Of a stretch of 34,783 nt of DNA, positions 1 through 14,367 are shown one piece after another. The DNA is from Anaerolineae bacterium. Lineage in GTDB: Bacteria > Chloroflexota > Anaerolineae > S140-20. Below the pieces are notes generated by a model. It saw only the letters and a program-made list of their open reading frames with translations, did not search any database and was not told the origin of the DNA. The stretch's first letter is position 1; the number at the start of each line of letters is the position of its first letter. The stretch covers positions 1-34,783 of the forward strand of contig JALUTT010000084.1 of assembly GCA_027021705.1 (NCBI GenBank). The letters run 5' to 3'. The translations under genes and the position numbers were made by a program.

Positions 1-2
1 AG

Positions 3-5237
<5,235 letters not shown>

Positions 5238-5263
5238 AGGCCCGTCAACGGGAGCATCCTGAT

Positions 5264-6577
5264 ATGCAACACCCAGAAAAACCGCCCACACGACTGCTGA
5301 ACCGCAACTTCTTCCTGCTCTGGCAGGGCCAGTTCGTCAGCCGCATCGGCACCCAGGTGGTGATCATCGCCCGGGTCTTCTGGATCAAGCACGCCACCGG
5401 CTCGGCGGCCATCATCGGCCTCATCCAGATGCTGGCCAACCTGCCGGCCGTCTTCCTGGGGCCCATCGCCGGCACCTTCGCCGACCGCTACCCCCGCCGC
5501 ACCATCATCATTCTCAGTGACGTGCTCCGGGGGCTCGCCGTCCTCTCCCTGGCCGCCTTGATGTTCCTCGCCCCCGACGCAACCAACCTGATCCTGCTGT
5601 GGCTCCTTGTCACCGCCATCATCATCGCCACCGTCAGCGCCTTCTTCGCGCCGGCCATCTCCGCCGCCATCCCCGACCTGGTCCCCCGGAAGCGGATCGC
5701 CGGCGCCAACTCCCTGGGGCAGATGTCGGTCCAGCTCTCCGTCTTCATCGGCCAGGGGCTGGGTGGAACCCTCTTCCGCCTTCTGGGGGCTCCGCTTCTC
5801 TTCGCCATTGACGGCCTTACTTACCTTTTCTCTGCCGTCAGTGAGTCCTTCATCACCATCCCCCAGCCCCTGCCGGAGAAGAGCGGCCGGTGGCAGGACC
5901 AGTTTCGCGCCTTCCAGCGGGACACGGTGGAGGGATTCCGCTACATTTGGCAACGGAATGGCCTGCGGGAACTGCTCCTCATCTCCGCCCTGCTCACCTT
6001 CTTCACCGTGCCCATCATCGTCCTGCTCCCCTTCTACGTAGAGGACTTCCTGGGAGTCCAGGCCGATTGGTACGGCTTCCTGCTGGCGGGCTACAGTGTC
6101 GGCTCCCTGGTGGGATACCTACTCGCCGGCTCCCTGCGCCTCTCGGGGCGGGCCAGGAGCCGGTGGATGGTCACCTTCATCGTCCTGGAATCGGCCGGCT
6201 ACGGGCTGCTCGGCCTGGTCCGGGACCCAAAGGTGGCGCTGACCCTCGCCTTCCTGGGCGGAGCCACGGGAGGCTTCATCAGCGTGAACATCATGACCAT
6301 CCTCCAGCTCTCCACCCCCGGCGAGATTCGAGGGCGGGTCTTCGGGCTCCTGGGCACCATCTCCAGCAGCCTCTCCCCCCTCGCCATGGGGCTGGCCGGC
6401 GTCGTGGCCGACCTGCTCGGCCAGAACATCCCGCTGATCTACCTGGCCTGTGGGGTCATCATGGCGGCCCTCTCCCTCACCCTGCTGGTCAACCAGCATG
6501 TGCGGGACTTCCTGGCCTACGAGCCGGAGGAGGAACTCCTCCCGCCGGTGGAACAGCGCGTTGTGCCCTTGAACTGA
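5264..6577 (+). CDS. MFS transporter (MefA/EntS-like exporter)
   Basis: 437 aa, about 12 hydrophobic segments; NRNFFLLWQGQFVS, motif A GTFADRYPRR, RGRVFG. Confidence 0.93.
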   Translation: MQHPEKPPTRLLNRNFFLLWQGQFVSRIGTQVVIIARVFWIKHATGSAAIIGLIQMLANLPAVFLGPIAGTFADRYPRRTIIILSDVLRGLAVLSLAALMFLAPDATNLILLWLLVTAIIIATVSAFFAPAISAAIPDLVPRKRIAGANSLGQMSVQLSVFIGQGLGGTLFRLLGAPLLFAIDGLTYLFSAVSESFITIPQPLPEKSGRWQDQFRAFQRDTVEGFRYIWQRNGLRELLLISALLTFFTVPIIVLLPFYVEDFLGVQADWYGFLLAGYSVGSLVGYLLAGSLRLSGRARSRWMVTFIVLESAGYGLLGLVRDPKVALTLAFLGGATGGFISVNIMTILQLSTPGEIRGRVFGLLGTISSSLSPLAMGLAGVVADLLGQNIPLIYLACGVIMAALSLTLLVNQHVRDFLAYEPEEELLPPVEQRVVPLN

Positions 6578-6598
6578 CCGACCGTCGGCCAAGCAGTA

Positions 6599-6653
6599 TA
6601 GCGGCATAGTGGCATAGCGGCATAGCGGCTTAGCGGCCTAGCGGCCTAGCGGC
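6599..6653 (+). repeat. 7 x octamer TAG(C/T)GGC(A/T/C)
   Basis: tagcggca tagtggca tagcggca tagcggct tagcggcc tagcggcc tagcggc. Confidence 0.95.
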
Positions 6654-6700
6654 GGACTGAGGACCGAGGACTGTGGACTAAGGACTGAGGACTAAGGACC
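6654..6700 (+). repeat. 6+ x heptamer GGAC(T/C)(G/A)(A/T)
   Basis: ggactga ggaccga ggactgt ggactaa ggactga ggactaa ggacc. Confidence 0.95.
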
Positions 6701-6702
6701 CT

Positions 6703-7467
6703 ATGCGACCAAGTGACCAAACGACCAAGCGACCAACCTGGATCGCCTGTCCCAAACCCAGGCCCCAGGCCCGGATCCGGCTCTTCTGCTTCCCCTACTC
6801 CGGCGCAGGGGCGTCCATCTTCTACCCCTGGCTGGACCGCTTCCCGGAGGCCATTGAGGTCTGCCCGATCCAGCTTCCCGGTCGGGAAAGCCGGCTGGCG
6901 GAGCCCCTCTTCACCCAGTTGAAACCCCTGGTCCGGGCCGCTGCCCAGGCGCTGCTTCCCTACCTGGACAAGCCCTTCGCCTTCTTCGGCCACAGCCTGG
7001 GGGCCCTGGTCGGCTTCGAGTTGGCCCGTTACCTGCGCCGGGAGCATGGGCTGATCCCGGTCCACCTCTTCGTCTCCGGCCACAACGCCCCCCAGCTCCC
7101 GGACCGCGACCCGCCCATCCACGCCCTGCCGGAGCCGGAGTTCCTGGAGAAACTGCGCCGTCTCAACGGCACGCCGGAGGAGGTGCTGCAACACGCCGAG
7201 CTCCGCGCCCTGCTCCTCCCCATCCTGCGGGCCGACTTCCAGGTCGCCGAGACCTACGTCTACGAGCCCGACGAGCCCCTCGACTGCCCCATCTCCGCCT
7301 TCGGCGGGATCCAGGACGAGCACCTCAGCCGCGAGGGGCTGGAGGCCTGGCGCGAGCAGACCAGGGCCGACTTCTCCCTGCACATGCTCCCCGGCGATCA
7401 CTTCTACCTGAACACCCATCGCCGGCTTCTCCTGCCCACCATCGCCCGAAAGCTGATCAGCCTGTGA
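6703..7467 (+). CDS. Type II thioesterase (GrsT-like)
   Basis: RLFCFPYSGAGAS, QLPGRE, nucleophile motif GHSLG, LRADF, PGDHFY. The first codons are built from 4 x NNGACCAA (6705-6736). Confidence 0.95.
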   Translation: MRPSDQTTKRPTWIACPKPRPQARIRLFCFPYSGAGASIFYPWLDRFPEAIEVCPIQLPGRESRLAEPLFTQLKPLVRAAAQALLPYLDKPFAFFGHSLGALVGFELARYLRREHGLIPVHLFVSGHNAPQLPDRDPPIHALPEPEFLEKLRRLNGTPEEVLQHAELRALLLPILRADFQVAETYVYEPDEPLDCPISAFGGIQDEHLSREGLEAWREQTRADFSLHMLPGDHFYLNTHRRLLLPTIARKLISL

Positions 7468-7499
7468 TCAACCCCAATCCCATCGCTAAGGAGGCTGCT

Positions 7500-7826
7500 A
7501 TGAGCGAACTGGTGAAGTACCTATCAGAAGGTGACCACCCTGTCGAGGCGAGCCTGCGCCCCGAGCCCACCGTCCAGGCCCTCAAGGAGCGCATTGACCG
7601 GGGCTACGTCTTCGTCAAGTTCACCGACACCAAGGGCGGCACCGAGTTGGGCGTCAGGCTCGACCCGGAGGCCACCGACCTCAGCAAGGCCGACTTCGAC
7701 AAGGGGACGGGAACCGTCCACCTGGTCGGGAACCTGACGCTCGACTACGTGAAGGTCCGCTGCATCGCCGACATCAACCTCGAGACCCTGTCGGGCCAAG
7801 GTCACCTGGAACCTGTGGAGGCGTGA
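7500..7826 (+). CDS. Small uncharacterised NRPS-cluster protein (108 aa), resembling the family often annotated 'MbtH domain protein'
   Basis: AAGGAGG at 7488-7494 before ATG 7500; GC-rich codon usage; motifs RGYVFVKFTDTKGGTELG and LTLDYVKVRCIADI. Family link is from recollection; no MbtH motif is present. Confidence 0.8.
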   Translation: MSELVKYLSEGDHPVEASLRPEPTVQALKERIDRGYVFVKFTDTKGGTELGVRLDPEATDLSKADFDKGTGTVHLVGNLTLDYVKVRCIADINLETLSGQGHLEPVEA

Positions 7827-7839
7827 CGGAGGGCAGACG

Positions 7840-8100
7840 ATGGCCAAAATGGGGAAATACTGCAAGGCCTATCCCATCGAGCGGTTCCGCGAGTATCCCG
7901 GCTGGGCCGAGAAGGCCCGTCCGGTGAACAAGGGTCACCTCTACCTGCAGGAGAACTACGTCGTGACGGAGGGGATCTTCCTGGACGAGGAGATCGTCTT
8001 CGACGACGTCACCCCGGAGTGGATCGAGTTCTGTCAGGAGACGCTCCAGTTCCGGGTGCCGGACTTCAAGGCGGCCCCCCAGAAGGCAACGGCCTCGTGA
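7840..8100 (+). CDS. Small hypothetical protein (86 aa)
   Basis: GGAGG upstream; fits between neighbours; motifs MGKYCKAY, LYLQENYVVTEGIF, VTPEWIEFC. Confidence 0.8.
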   Translation: MAKMGKYCKAYPIERFREYPGWAEKARPVNKGHLYLQENYVVTEGIFLDEEIVFDDVTPEWIEFCQETLQFRVPDFKAAPQKATAS

Positions 8101-8117
8101 CCGGCCCCACCGGGCTC

Positions 8118-8165
8118 CCGACCATCCGACCATCTGACTACCCGACCACGTGACCAACGAACCAA
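8118..8165 (+). repeat. 6 x degenerate octamer NNGACCAN
   Basis: ccgaccat ccgaccat ctgactac ccgaccac gtgaccaa cgaaccaa, running into the mbtH RBS. Confidence 0.85.
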
Positions 8166-8174
8166 GGAGGTCCT

Positions 8175-8393
8175 ATGAGCTGGGAAGAACGCGAAGACAC
8201 CACCATCTACAAGGTCGTCGTCAACCACGAGGAACAGTACTCCATCTGGCCGGCCGACCGGGAGAACCCCCTGGGCTGGCGAGATGCGGGCAAGGTCGGC
8301 ACCAAAGAGGAATGTCTAGCCTACATTCGGGAAGTATGGACCGATATGCGACCGCTCAGCCTGCGCAAAAAGATGGAAGCGGCAGGGCAGTAG
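8175..8393 (+). CDS. mbtH: MbtH-like protein
   Basis: 72 aa; [44 protein letters not shown]. Confidence 0.98.
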   Translation: MSWEEREDTTIYKVVVNHEEQYSIWPADRENPLGWRDAGKVGTKEECLAYIREVWTDMRPLSLRKKMEAAGQ

Positions 8394-8398
8394 GGCCA

Positions 8399-9154
8399 AT
8401 GGGTCTCGAACCCTCGTGGCCTCCTCCGCCGGCCCACCTGACGCTGGCGGAGGACGAGGTGCACGTGTGGCGAGCCCACCTCGACCTAGCCCCAGCCCAG
8501 GTACGGGAGTTGCTGCGCACCCTCACGCCCGACGAACGGGCCAGAGCCCGGCGCTTCCGCTTCCGGCGGGACCGGGATCGCTTCATCGTCGCCCGAGGGG
8601 TGCTCAGGGCCATCCTCGGCCGCTACCTGGGGGTGGACCCAGGCCGGCTGCGCTTCCGCTACAGCCCCTACGGGAAGCCGGCCCTCGCCGATGAGTTCGA
8701 GGACGAGGGGATCCGCTTCAACCTGGCCCACTCCCAGGGGATCGCCCTCTACGCCGTAAGCCGGGGCCGGGACGTCGGCATTGACGTGGAATACGTGCGG
8801 GCCGACCTGGCCGACGAACGGATCGCCGAGCGGTTCTTCTCCCCTCGCGAGGTCGCCATGCTCCGCGCGGTCCCCGCCGAGCAGCGACGAGAGGCTTTCT
8901 TCCACTGCTGGACCCGGAAGGAAGCCTACGTGAAGGCGCGGGGAGAGGGCCTCTCGCTCCCCCTCGACCAGTTCGACGTCTCCCTGGCCCCCGGCGAGCC
9001 GGCGGCCCTGCTGAGCACCCCCGGCGACCCGCCTGAGGTCACCCGCTGGTCGCTGCGGGCCCTGGCCCCCGGCCCGGGCTACGTCGCCGCCCTTGCGGTG
9101 GAGGGAAACGGCTGGCGGCTCCGGTGCTGGCAGTGGAGCGACCAGGGGATGTAA
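8399..9154 (+). CDS. Sfp-type 4'-phosphopantetheinyl transferase
   Basis: YGKP, FNLAHS, VGIDVE, WTRKEAYVKARGEG. ATG 8399 chosen to avoid overlapping mbtH. Confidence 0.95.
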   Translation: MGLEPSWPPPPAHLTLAEDEVHVWRAHLDLAPAQVRELLRTLTPDERARARRFRFRRDRDRFIVARGVLRAILGRYLGVDPGRLRFRYSPYGKPALADEFEDEGIRFNLAHSQGIALYAVSRGRDVGIDVEYVRADLADERIAERFFSPREVAMLRAVPAEQRREAFFHCWTRKEAYVKARGEGLSLPLDQFDVSLAPGEPAALLSTPGDPPEVTRWSLRALAPGPGYVAALAVEGNGWRLRCWQWSDQGM

Positions 9155-9180
9155 CGTCCCCTCCGCCCTCCCGTTCTATA
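9150..9180 (+). promoter_or_regulatory. Putative ECF-sigma promoter
   Basis: TGTAAC (9150-9155), 16 bp, CGTT(CTATA) (9172-9180); matches the generic ECF AAC-N16/17-CGT pattern. Confidence 0.55.
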
Positions 9181-9263
9181 CCCTGCAGGGGTGCAGCACC
9201 CCGCACCGTCTGCGCTGGTCTGGGTTCGCCTACTGGTACAAACCTGCAAAAGGAGGCATCACC

Positions 9264-12200
9264 ATGTACATCCCATACCTTTCTCAGCGCTCTGCGCTCT
9301 CCCGATATGGCCCGGCCTTGCTGCTCACCACCCTACTCCTGCTGGGCCTGACCCTATCGCTGGCCCTCCACGCACCGACCCTGACCGACCTCTCCCCAGC
9401 CTCCATCGCAGACCTAGAACTGGGCCGGCTCCCTCTCGCCTTCATCCCCAACGCGGGCCAGGCCGACCCCGCCGTCCGCTTCCAGGCCCACGATGGCAAC
9501 AGCGCCCTCTTCTTCACCCCCGACGCCATCGTCCTGGCGCTGCCGGCCACCACGGGGACCGAGCCCTCGGTCGTCCGCCTGCGCTTTGAAGGGGCCAATC
9601 CCGCCCCCACGGTGACCGGCGTCGAACGGCTGCCGGGCATCGTCAACTACTTCCTGGGGGACGACCCCACCCGTTGGTACACCAACCTGCCCACCTACGC
9701 CGGCGTCGTCTACCAAGGGCTCTACCCGGGCATTGACCTGCGCTACGAAGGCACCAACGGCTCCCTCAAGAGCACCTACCTCGTCGCCCCGGGCGCGGAC
9801 CCCAGCCTCATCCGCTGGCGTCACGAGGGCGCGACGGCACTGCGCCTGGACGGGGCCACGGGCGACTTGCTGGTCACCGTGGCGGGCTCGACCCTCATCG
9901 AGCAGGCTCCCATCGCCTGGCAGGAGATCAACGGCCAGCGCCTCCCCGTCGCCGTCCGCTACGTCCTGGGCCAGGACGGCACCGTCGGCTTCGCCCTGGA
10001 TCGCTACGACCCCGCCTACCCGCTGGCCATTGACCCGACCTTGAGCTACGGCACCTACCTGGGCGGCACCGGCCCCGAGGAGGCCGAGGGGATCGCCGTG
10101 GACGACAACGGCAACGCCTACGTCGTCGGAACCACCTACTCCAGCGACTTCCCCATCACCACCGGCGCCTACCAGACCGCCTTCCAGGGTGGGACGAAGG
10201 ACGTCTTCGTGGTCAAGATCAACGCCGCCGGGGACACCCTGGTCTACAGCACCTTCCTGGGCGGTAGCGACGACGACGAGGGGAACGGCATCGTCGTGGA
10301 CGCCAGCGGCAACGCCTACATCGCCGGCGCGACCCAGTCTACCGACTTCCCCACCCAGAGCGCCTTCCAGGCCGATTGCGCCCTGATGGTGGGCGTCTGC
10401 ACCGGGGACGCCTTCGTCACCAAGCTGAACGCCGACGGCGACGCCCTCGTCTACAGCACCTACCTGGGCGGCAAGCTCCCCGACGAGGCCAAGGCCATCG
10501 CCGTGGACGCCAGCGGCAACGCCTACGTCACGGGGATGACCACCTCCGGCGACTTCCCCACCCAGAACCCCCTCTACGGCCCTGACGGCGGCTCCGGGGA
10601 CGCCTTCGTCGCCAAGCTGAAGGCCGACGGCAGCGCCCTCGTCTACAGCACCTTCTTGGGCGGCAGCGCCACGGACGCCGGCCTCGGCATCGCCGTGGAC
10701 GCCAGCGGCAGCGCCTACGTCGTCGGTGACACCAACTCCGCCGACTTCCCCACCACCACCGGCGCCTTCGACACCACCTGCGGCACCGACGGCGACTGCG
10801 ACAGCGACAGCGGCATGCACCCCCGCAGTGACCTCTTCGTCGCCAAGCTGAAGGCCGACGGCAGCGCCCTCGTCTACAGCACCTTCCTGGGCGGCAGCGA
10901 CGAGGACCACAGCCACGACATCGCCGTGGACGGCAGCGGCAGCGCCTACGTCACCGGCCGGACCAAGTCCGCCGACTTCCCCACCACCGCCGGCGCCTTC
11001 GACACCACCTGCGGCACCGACGGCGATTGCAACCCCGGCGTCGGCTACGGCCACGAAGGCAGTGACGCCTTCGTCGCCAAGCTGGAGGCCGACGGCAGCG
11101 ACCTGGCCTACAGCACCTTCCTGGGCGGCAGCGGGGACGACAAGGGCCACGGCATCGCCGTGGACGCCGGCGGCTACGCCTACGTCACCGGCGACACTTA
11201 CTCCGACGACTTCCCCACCCAGGACGCCGTCCAGAGCTACGGCGGGGAGACCGACGCCTTCGTCGCCAAGCTGGAGACGGACGGCAGCGACCTCGTCTAC
11301 AGCACCTTCCTAGGCGGTAGCTCCGGCGACTACGGCATGGACATCGCCCTGGACAGCAGCGACAACGCCTACGTCACCGGCGTCACCGGCTCCGGCGACT
11401 TCCCCACCCAGGACCCGTTGCAGGCCGCCTATCGGGGCAACTGGGACGCCTTCGTGGTCAAGCTGGGGACCGGCACGACCCCGCCGCCGACGCCCAGCCC
11501 CAACCTCTCCGGTTCCCACAAAGCGGCCTCGCGCTACACCCTCACCTCCGGTGAGACCCTCACCTACACCATCCGGCTGGTCAACAGCGGCACCCTCACC
11601 GCCACCGCCGACGTGACCGACCCGGTGCCCGCCGAGATGAGCTACATCGCCGGCTCCGCCACCGGAGGTGGCAGCTACGACGCCGGCACCGCCACCCTCA
11701 CCTGGAGCGGCGTGACCGTGCCGCCGGGCAGCACCGTGGACCTCGCCTTCGCCGTCACGGCGACGACCGTCACCTCGCCCACCATCGTCACCAATACCGC
11801 CACCATCGCCGCCGACGGAGACACCTTCGACCGCTCCGTCTGGGTCCTGCTGCTGCCCACCAGTGCGCCCCCGCGCCCCAACCTGCGCGGCTCCCACAAG
11901 CTGGCCTCCCAGCACACCCTCTCGCCGGGAGAGACCCTGACCTACACCATCCGGCTGCACAACAGCAGCACCGTGACCGCCACCGCCGACGTGACCGACC
12001 CGGTGCCCGCCGAACTGGCCTACGTCACCGGCTCCGCCACCGGAGGTGGCAGCTACGACGCCGGCACCGCCACCCTCACCTGGAGCGGTGTGACCGTGCC
12101 GCCGGGCAGCACCGTGGACCTCGCCTTCGCCGTCACCCCGGCCGGCACCGTCCTCCTGCCCACGCCCGTGATCAACGAAGCCACCATCACCGCCGACGGC

Positions 12201-13064
12201 GACACCTTCCGGCGGCGGACCGGGATCGTGCTGCTGCCCGCGCCGCCGGTAACCGACACCGTCCCGCCAGTGGTGCACAGCCTGACCATTGACGGCCAGG
12301 ACGTACTGACCAGCCCGACGGTCACCCTCCACATCTCCGCCACCGACAACGTCGCCGTCACCGAGATGTACCTGCAGGAGTGGTTCCTGGCGACAAGGCC
12401 CTTCCCCCACTGGACCGTCGTGCAGACCAGCGGCTGGATCCCCTATCAGGAGAGCTACACCTGGACGCTCACCTCGGAAAGCGGCACCCACTACGTCGGC
12501 GTCTGGGTGGCCGACGCCGAGGGCAACACCTCGCGCCTGGACCGGAAGGGGCTCGACTACGCCAGCCTGCTGCTGCCGGGGGAGAGCGTGGACCGGGGCG
12601 GCCTGGTGCCCTACCTGGTGCACTACAACGCCGGTGACACCGTCGTCGCCACCCTCACCACCCTCAGCGGGGACGCCGACCTCTACGTCTGGTTCCCCGG
12701 CAACTTCGGGTGGCCCGACGAGTACAGCATCAACCCCGGCACCGTCACCGACACGGTCAGCTTCACCGCCCCCACCACGGGCACCTACCTCTTCCTGGTA
12801 TACGGCTGGGAGGCGTCCACCTACGACTTCAGCATCACACCGGGTGGCGGGCCGCGCGCCTGGGCCATGGCCCTCCAGAGCGATCAGATCGCGTCCGAGG
12901 GGATGAGCGCCAACGCGGTCAAAGTGCCCCTGAGCACCGACCCCATCCTGACCTGGAGCGGCCTCGACCCGCTCTCCGAAGCTCAGGCGCCGTCCCGGTA
13001 CACCGTCTACCTGCCCTTGGTGATGAACCAGAGCTCGACGTCGTCCTTCTGGCCGACCGACTGA
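9264..13064 (+). CDS. Secreted/surface protein: N-terminal domain, SBBP beta-propeller repeats, 2 x DUF11-like domains, PPC-like domain, C-terminal YLPLV motif
   Basis: AAGGAGG then ATG 9264; hydrophobic signal; repeated LVYSTFLGG..D.G..IAVD.SG.AYVTG.T.S.DFPT; two GETLTYTIRL.NS..TATADVTDPVP units; GDADLYV; YTVYLPLVM. Confidence 0.9.
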   Translation: MYIPYLSQRSALSRYGPALLLTTLLLLGLTLSLALHAPTLTDLSPASIADLELGRLPLAFIPNAGQADPAVRFQAHDGNSALFFTPDAIVLALPATTGTEPSVVRLRFEGANPAPTVTGVERLPGIVNYFLGDDPTRWYTNLPTYAGVVYQGLYPGIDLRYEGTNGSLKSTYLVAPGADPSLIRWRHEGATALRLDGATGDLLVTVAGSTLIEQAPIAWQEINGQRLPVAVRYVLGQDGTVGFALDRYDPAYPLAIDPTLSYGTYLGGTGPEEAEGIAVDDNGNAYVVGTTYSSDFPITTGAYQTAFQGGTKDVFVVKINAAGDTLVYSTFLGGSDDDEGNGIVVDASGNAYIAGATQSTDFPTQSAFQADCALMVGVCTGDAFVTKLNADGDALVYSTYLGGKLPDEAKAIAVDASGNAYVTGMTTSGDFPTQNPLYGPDGGSGDAFVAKLKADGSALVYSTFLGGSATDAGLGIAVDASGSAYVVGDTNSADFPTTTGAFDTTCGTDGDCDSDSGMHPRSDLFVAKLKADGSALVYSTFLGGSDEDHSHDIAVDGSGSAYVTGRTKSADFPTTAGAFDTTCGTDGDCNPGVGYGHEGSDAFVAKLEADGSDLAYSTFLGGSGDDKGHGIAVDAGGYAYVTGDTYSDDFPTQDAVQSYGGETDAFVAKLETDGSDLVYSTFLGGSSGDYGMDIALDSSDNAYVTGVTGSGDFPTQDPLQAAYRGNWDAFVVKLGTGTTPPPTPSPNLSGSHKAASRYTLTSGETLTYTIRLVNSGTLTATADVTDPVPAEMSYIAGSATGGGSYDAGTATLTWSGVTVPPGSTVDLAFAVTATTVTSPTIVTNTATIAADGDTFDRSVWVLLLPTSAPPRPNLRGSHKLASQHTLSPGETLTYTIRLHNSSTVTATADVTDPVPAELAYVTGSATGGGSYDAGTATLTWSGVTVPPGSTVDLAFAVTPAGTVLLPTPVINEATITADGDTFRRRTGIVLLPAPPVTDTVPPVVHSLTIDGQDVLTSPTVTLHISATDNVAVTEMYLQEWFLATRPFPHWTVVQTSGWIPYQESYTWTLTSESGTHYVGVWVADAEGNTSRLDRKGLDYASLLLPGESVDRGGLVPYLVHYNAGDTVVATLTTLSGDADLYVWFPGNFGWPDEYSINPGTVTDTVSFTAPTTGTYLFLVYGWEASTYDFSITPGGGPRAWAMALQSDQIASEGMSANAVKVPLSTDPILTWSGLDPLSEAQAPSRYTVYLPLVMNQSSTSSFWPTD

Positions 13065-13099
13065 GACCCACGGGCGCCCGCTCGAAGCTGGCCCCCACC

Positions 13100-13137
13100 G
13101 CCTGCTCCCGCCGGACTCCGGTCCGACGGGAGCAGGC
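13100..13137. other. Intergenic 17-bp stem-loop without U-tract
   Basis: GCCTGCTCCCGCCGGAC-tccg-GTCCGACGGGAGCAGGC, one mismatch. Confidence 0.75.
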
Positions 13138-13221
13138 ACGCCAGGCGCAGCCTCGGCGGCCCCGCTGGCGACCAGACCACGGGCAGCCAGACCGGAGACC
13201 ATCGTATGAGGAGGCGTGACG

Positions 13222-13767
13222 ATGAACGATCAGGAGCTCCTTGAACGCTACAACGCAGGGGAACGCGACTTTCAGGGATCTCGACTCGCTTTCTCCAACT
13301 TGGACGGTGCCAACCTGAGCGGCGCCGACCTGAGCGAAGTCAGCCTCTTCTCGGCCCGGCTGAGCAAGGCCAACCTCACCGGCGTCAACCTGAGCCAGGC
13401 CAACCTCACCGGCGCGGACCTCCACGAGGCCGATCTGCGGGGGGCCAACCTGAGCGGGGCCAGCCTGACGGGGGCCAACCTGCGCCAGGCCACGCTAGCC
13501 GGTCCCGACACCACCCTGCAAGGGGCCGACCTGACCTGGGCCGACCTGCGAGAGGCCAACCTGGCCGGCGCCGACCTGCGGGGGGCCAACCTCACCGGGG
13601 CCAAGCTGGCCAACGCCGACCTGAGCGGCGCCAACCTGAAGGGCGCCGACCTGACCGACGCCAAGCTCCAGGGAGCCAACCTGAGCGGAGCCGACATCAC
13701 CGACGCCACCCTCACAGCCGCCGACCTCCGGGGCGCAGTCATGCCCGATGGCACAACCCATGACTGA
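13222..13767 (+). CDS. Pentapeptide-repeat protein
   Basis: A(D/N)LXX repeats throughout; ELLERYNAGERDF N-terminus; MPDG C-terminus; GAGGAGG 7 nt before ATG 13222. Confidence 0.96.
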   Translation: MNDQELLERYNAGERDFQGSRLAFSNLDGANLSGADLSEVSLFSARLSKANLTGVNLSQANLTGADLHEADLRGANLSGASLTGANLRQATLAGPDTTLQGADLTWADLREANLAGADLRGANLTGAKLANADLSGANLKGADLTDAKLQGANLSGADITDATLTAADLRGAVMPDGTTHD

Positions 13768-13797
13768 CCCCCCGCCTGCGAGGAGAGACGTCGCCTG

Positions 13798-14364
13798 ATG
13801 CCAGACCCCTCCCTCAGCGAGGCCACCCTGGTAGAGCAGGCCATCGCCGGCGACGCCGATGCCTTTGGCGAACTGTACCTGCGTCACCTGGATGCCATCT
13901 ACCGCTACGTCTACTTCCGGGTAGGGGACGTGGAAGACGCCGAGGACCTGACGGAGCAAGTCTTCTTGAAAGCCTGGGAAGCGTTGCCCGGCTATCGCCA
14001 GCGGGGCAACCCCTTCTCCAGTTGGCTCTACCGCATCGCCCACAACGTCGTCGTGGATCACCACCGACGCCAGAAGGCCGCCCGCGCCGTCCCCTTGCCG
14101 GACGGGAACGGCAGCGGGTGGGAGAGCGACGAGCCGACGACGCTGGACCAGGTCATCGCGACAGAAGAGGCCGCCGCCCTGGCCTCGGCCATCGCCCAAC
14201 TGCCCGAGGAGCAACAGCAGGTGATTATCCTGCGCTTCATCGAGGGGATGAGCCACGCCGAAGTCTCTCGCATCATCGGGAAGAGCGAAGGCGCCTGCCG
14301 GGTCATTCAACACCGCGCCTTGAGCGCTCTGAACCGACTGCTGACCGGCGCGGAAGGATCATAG
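13798..14364 (+). CDS. ECF-family RNA polymerase sigma factor
   Basis: GDADAFGELY, DAEDLTEQVFLKAW, FSSWLYRIAHN (region 2); LPEEQQQVIILRF..GMSHAEVS (region 4). Confidence 0.96.
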   Translation: MPDPSLSEATLVEQAIAGDADAFGELYLRHLDAIYRYVYFRVGDVEDAEDLTEQVFLKAWEALPGYRQRGNPFSSWLYRIAHNVVVDHHRRQKAARAVPLPDGNGSGWESDEPTTLDQVIATEEAAALASAIAQLPEEQQQVIILRFIEGMSHAEVSRIIGKSEGACRVIQHRALSALNRLLTGAEGS

Positions 14365-14367
14365 CTT

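Noticed and set aside
8150..8398. N-terminal extension of the PPTase ORF
   Set aside because: Overlaps mbtH in another frame; PPTase-like sequence begins at ATG 8399.
11550..12140. Diversity-generating retroelement TR/VR pair
   Set aside because: Both copies are in-frame domains of one gene, differences are not adenine-specific, and no reverse transcriptase is present.
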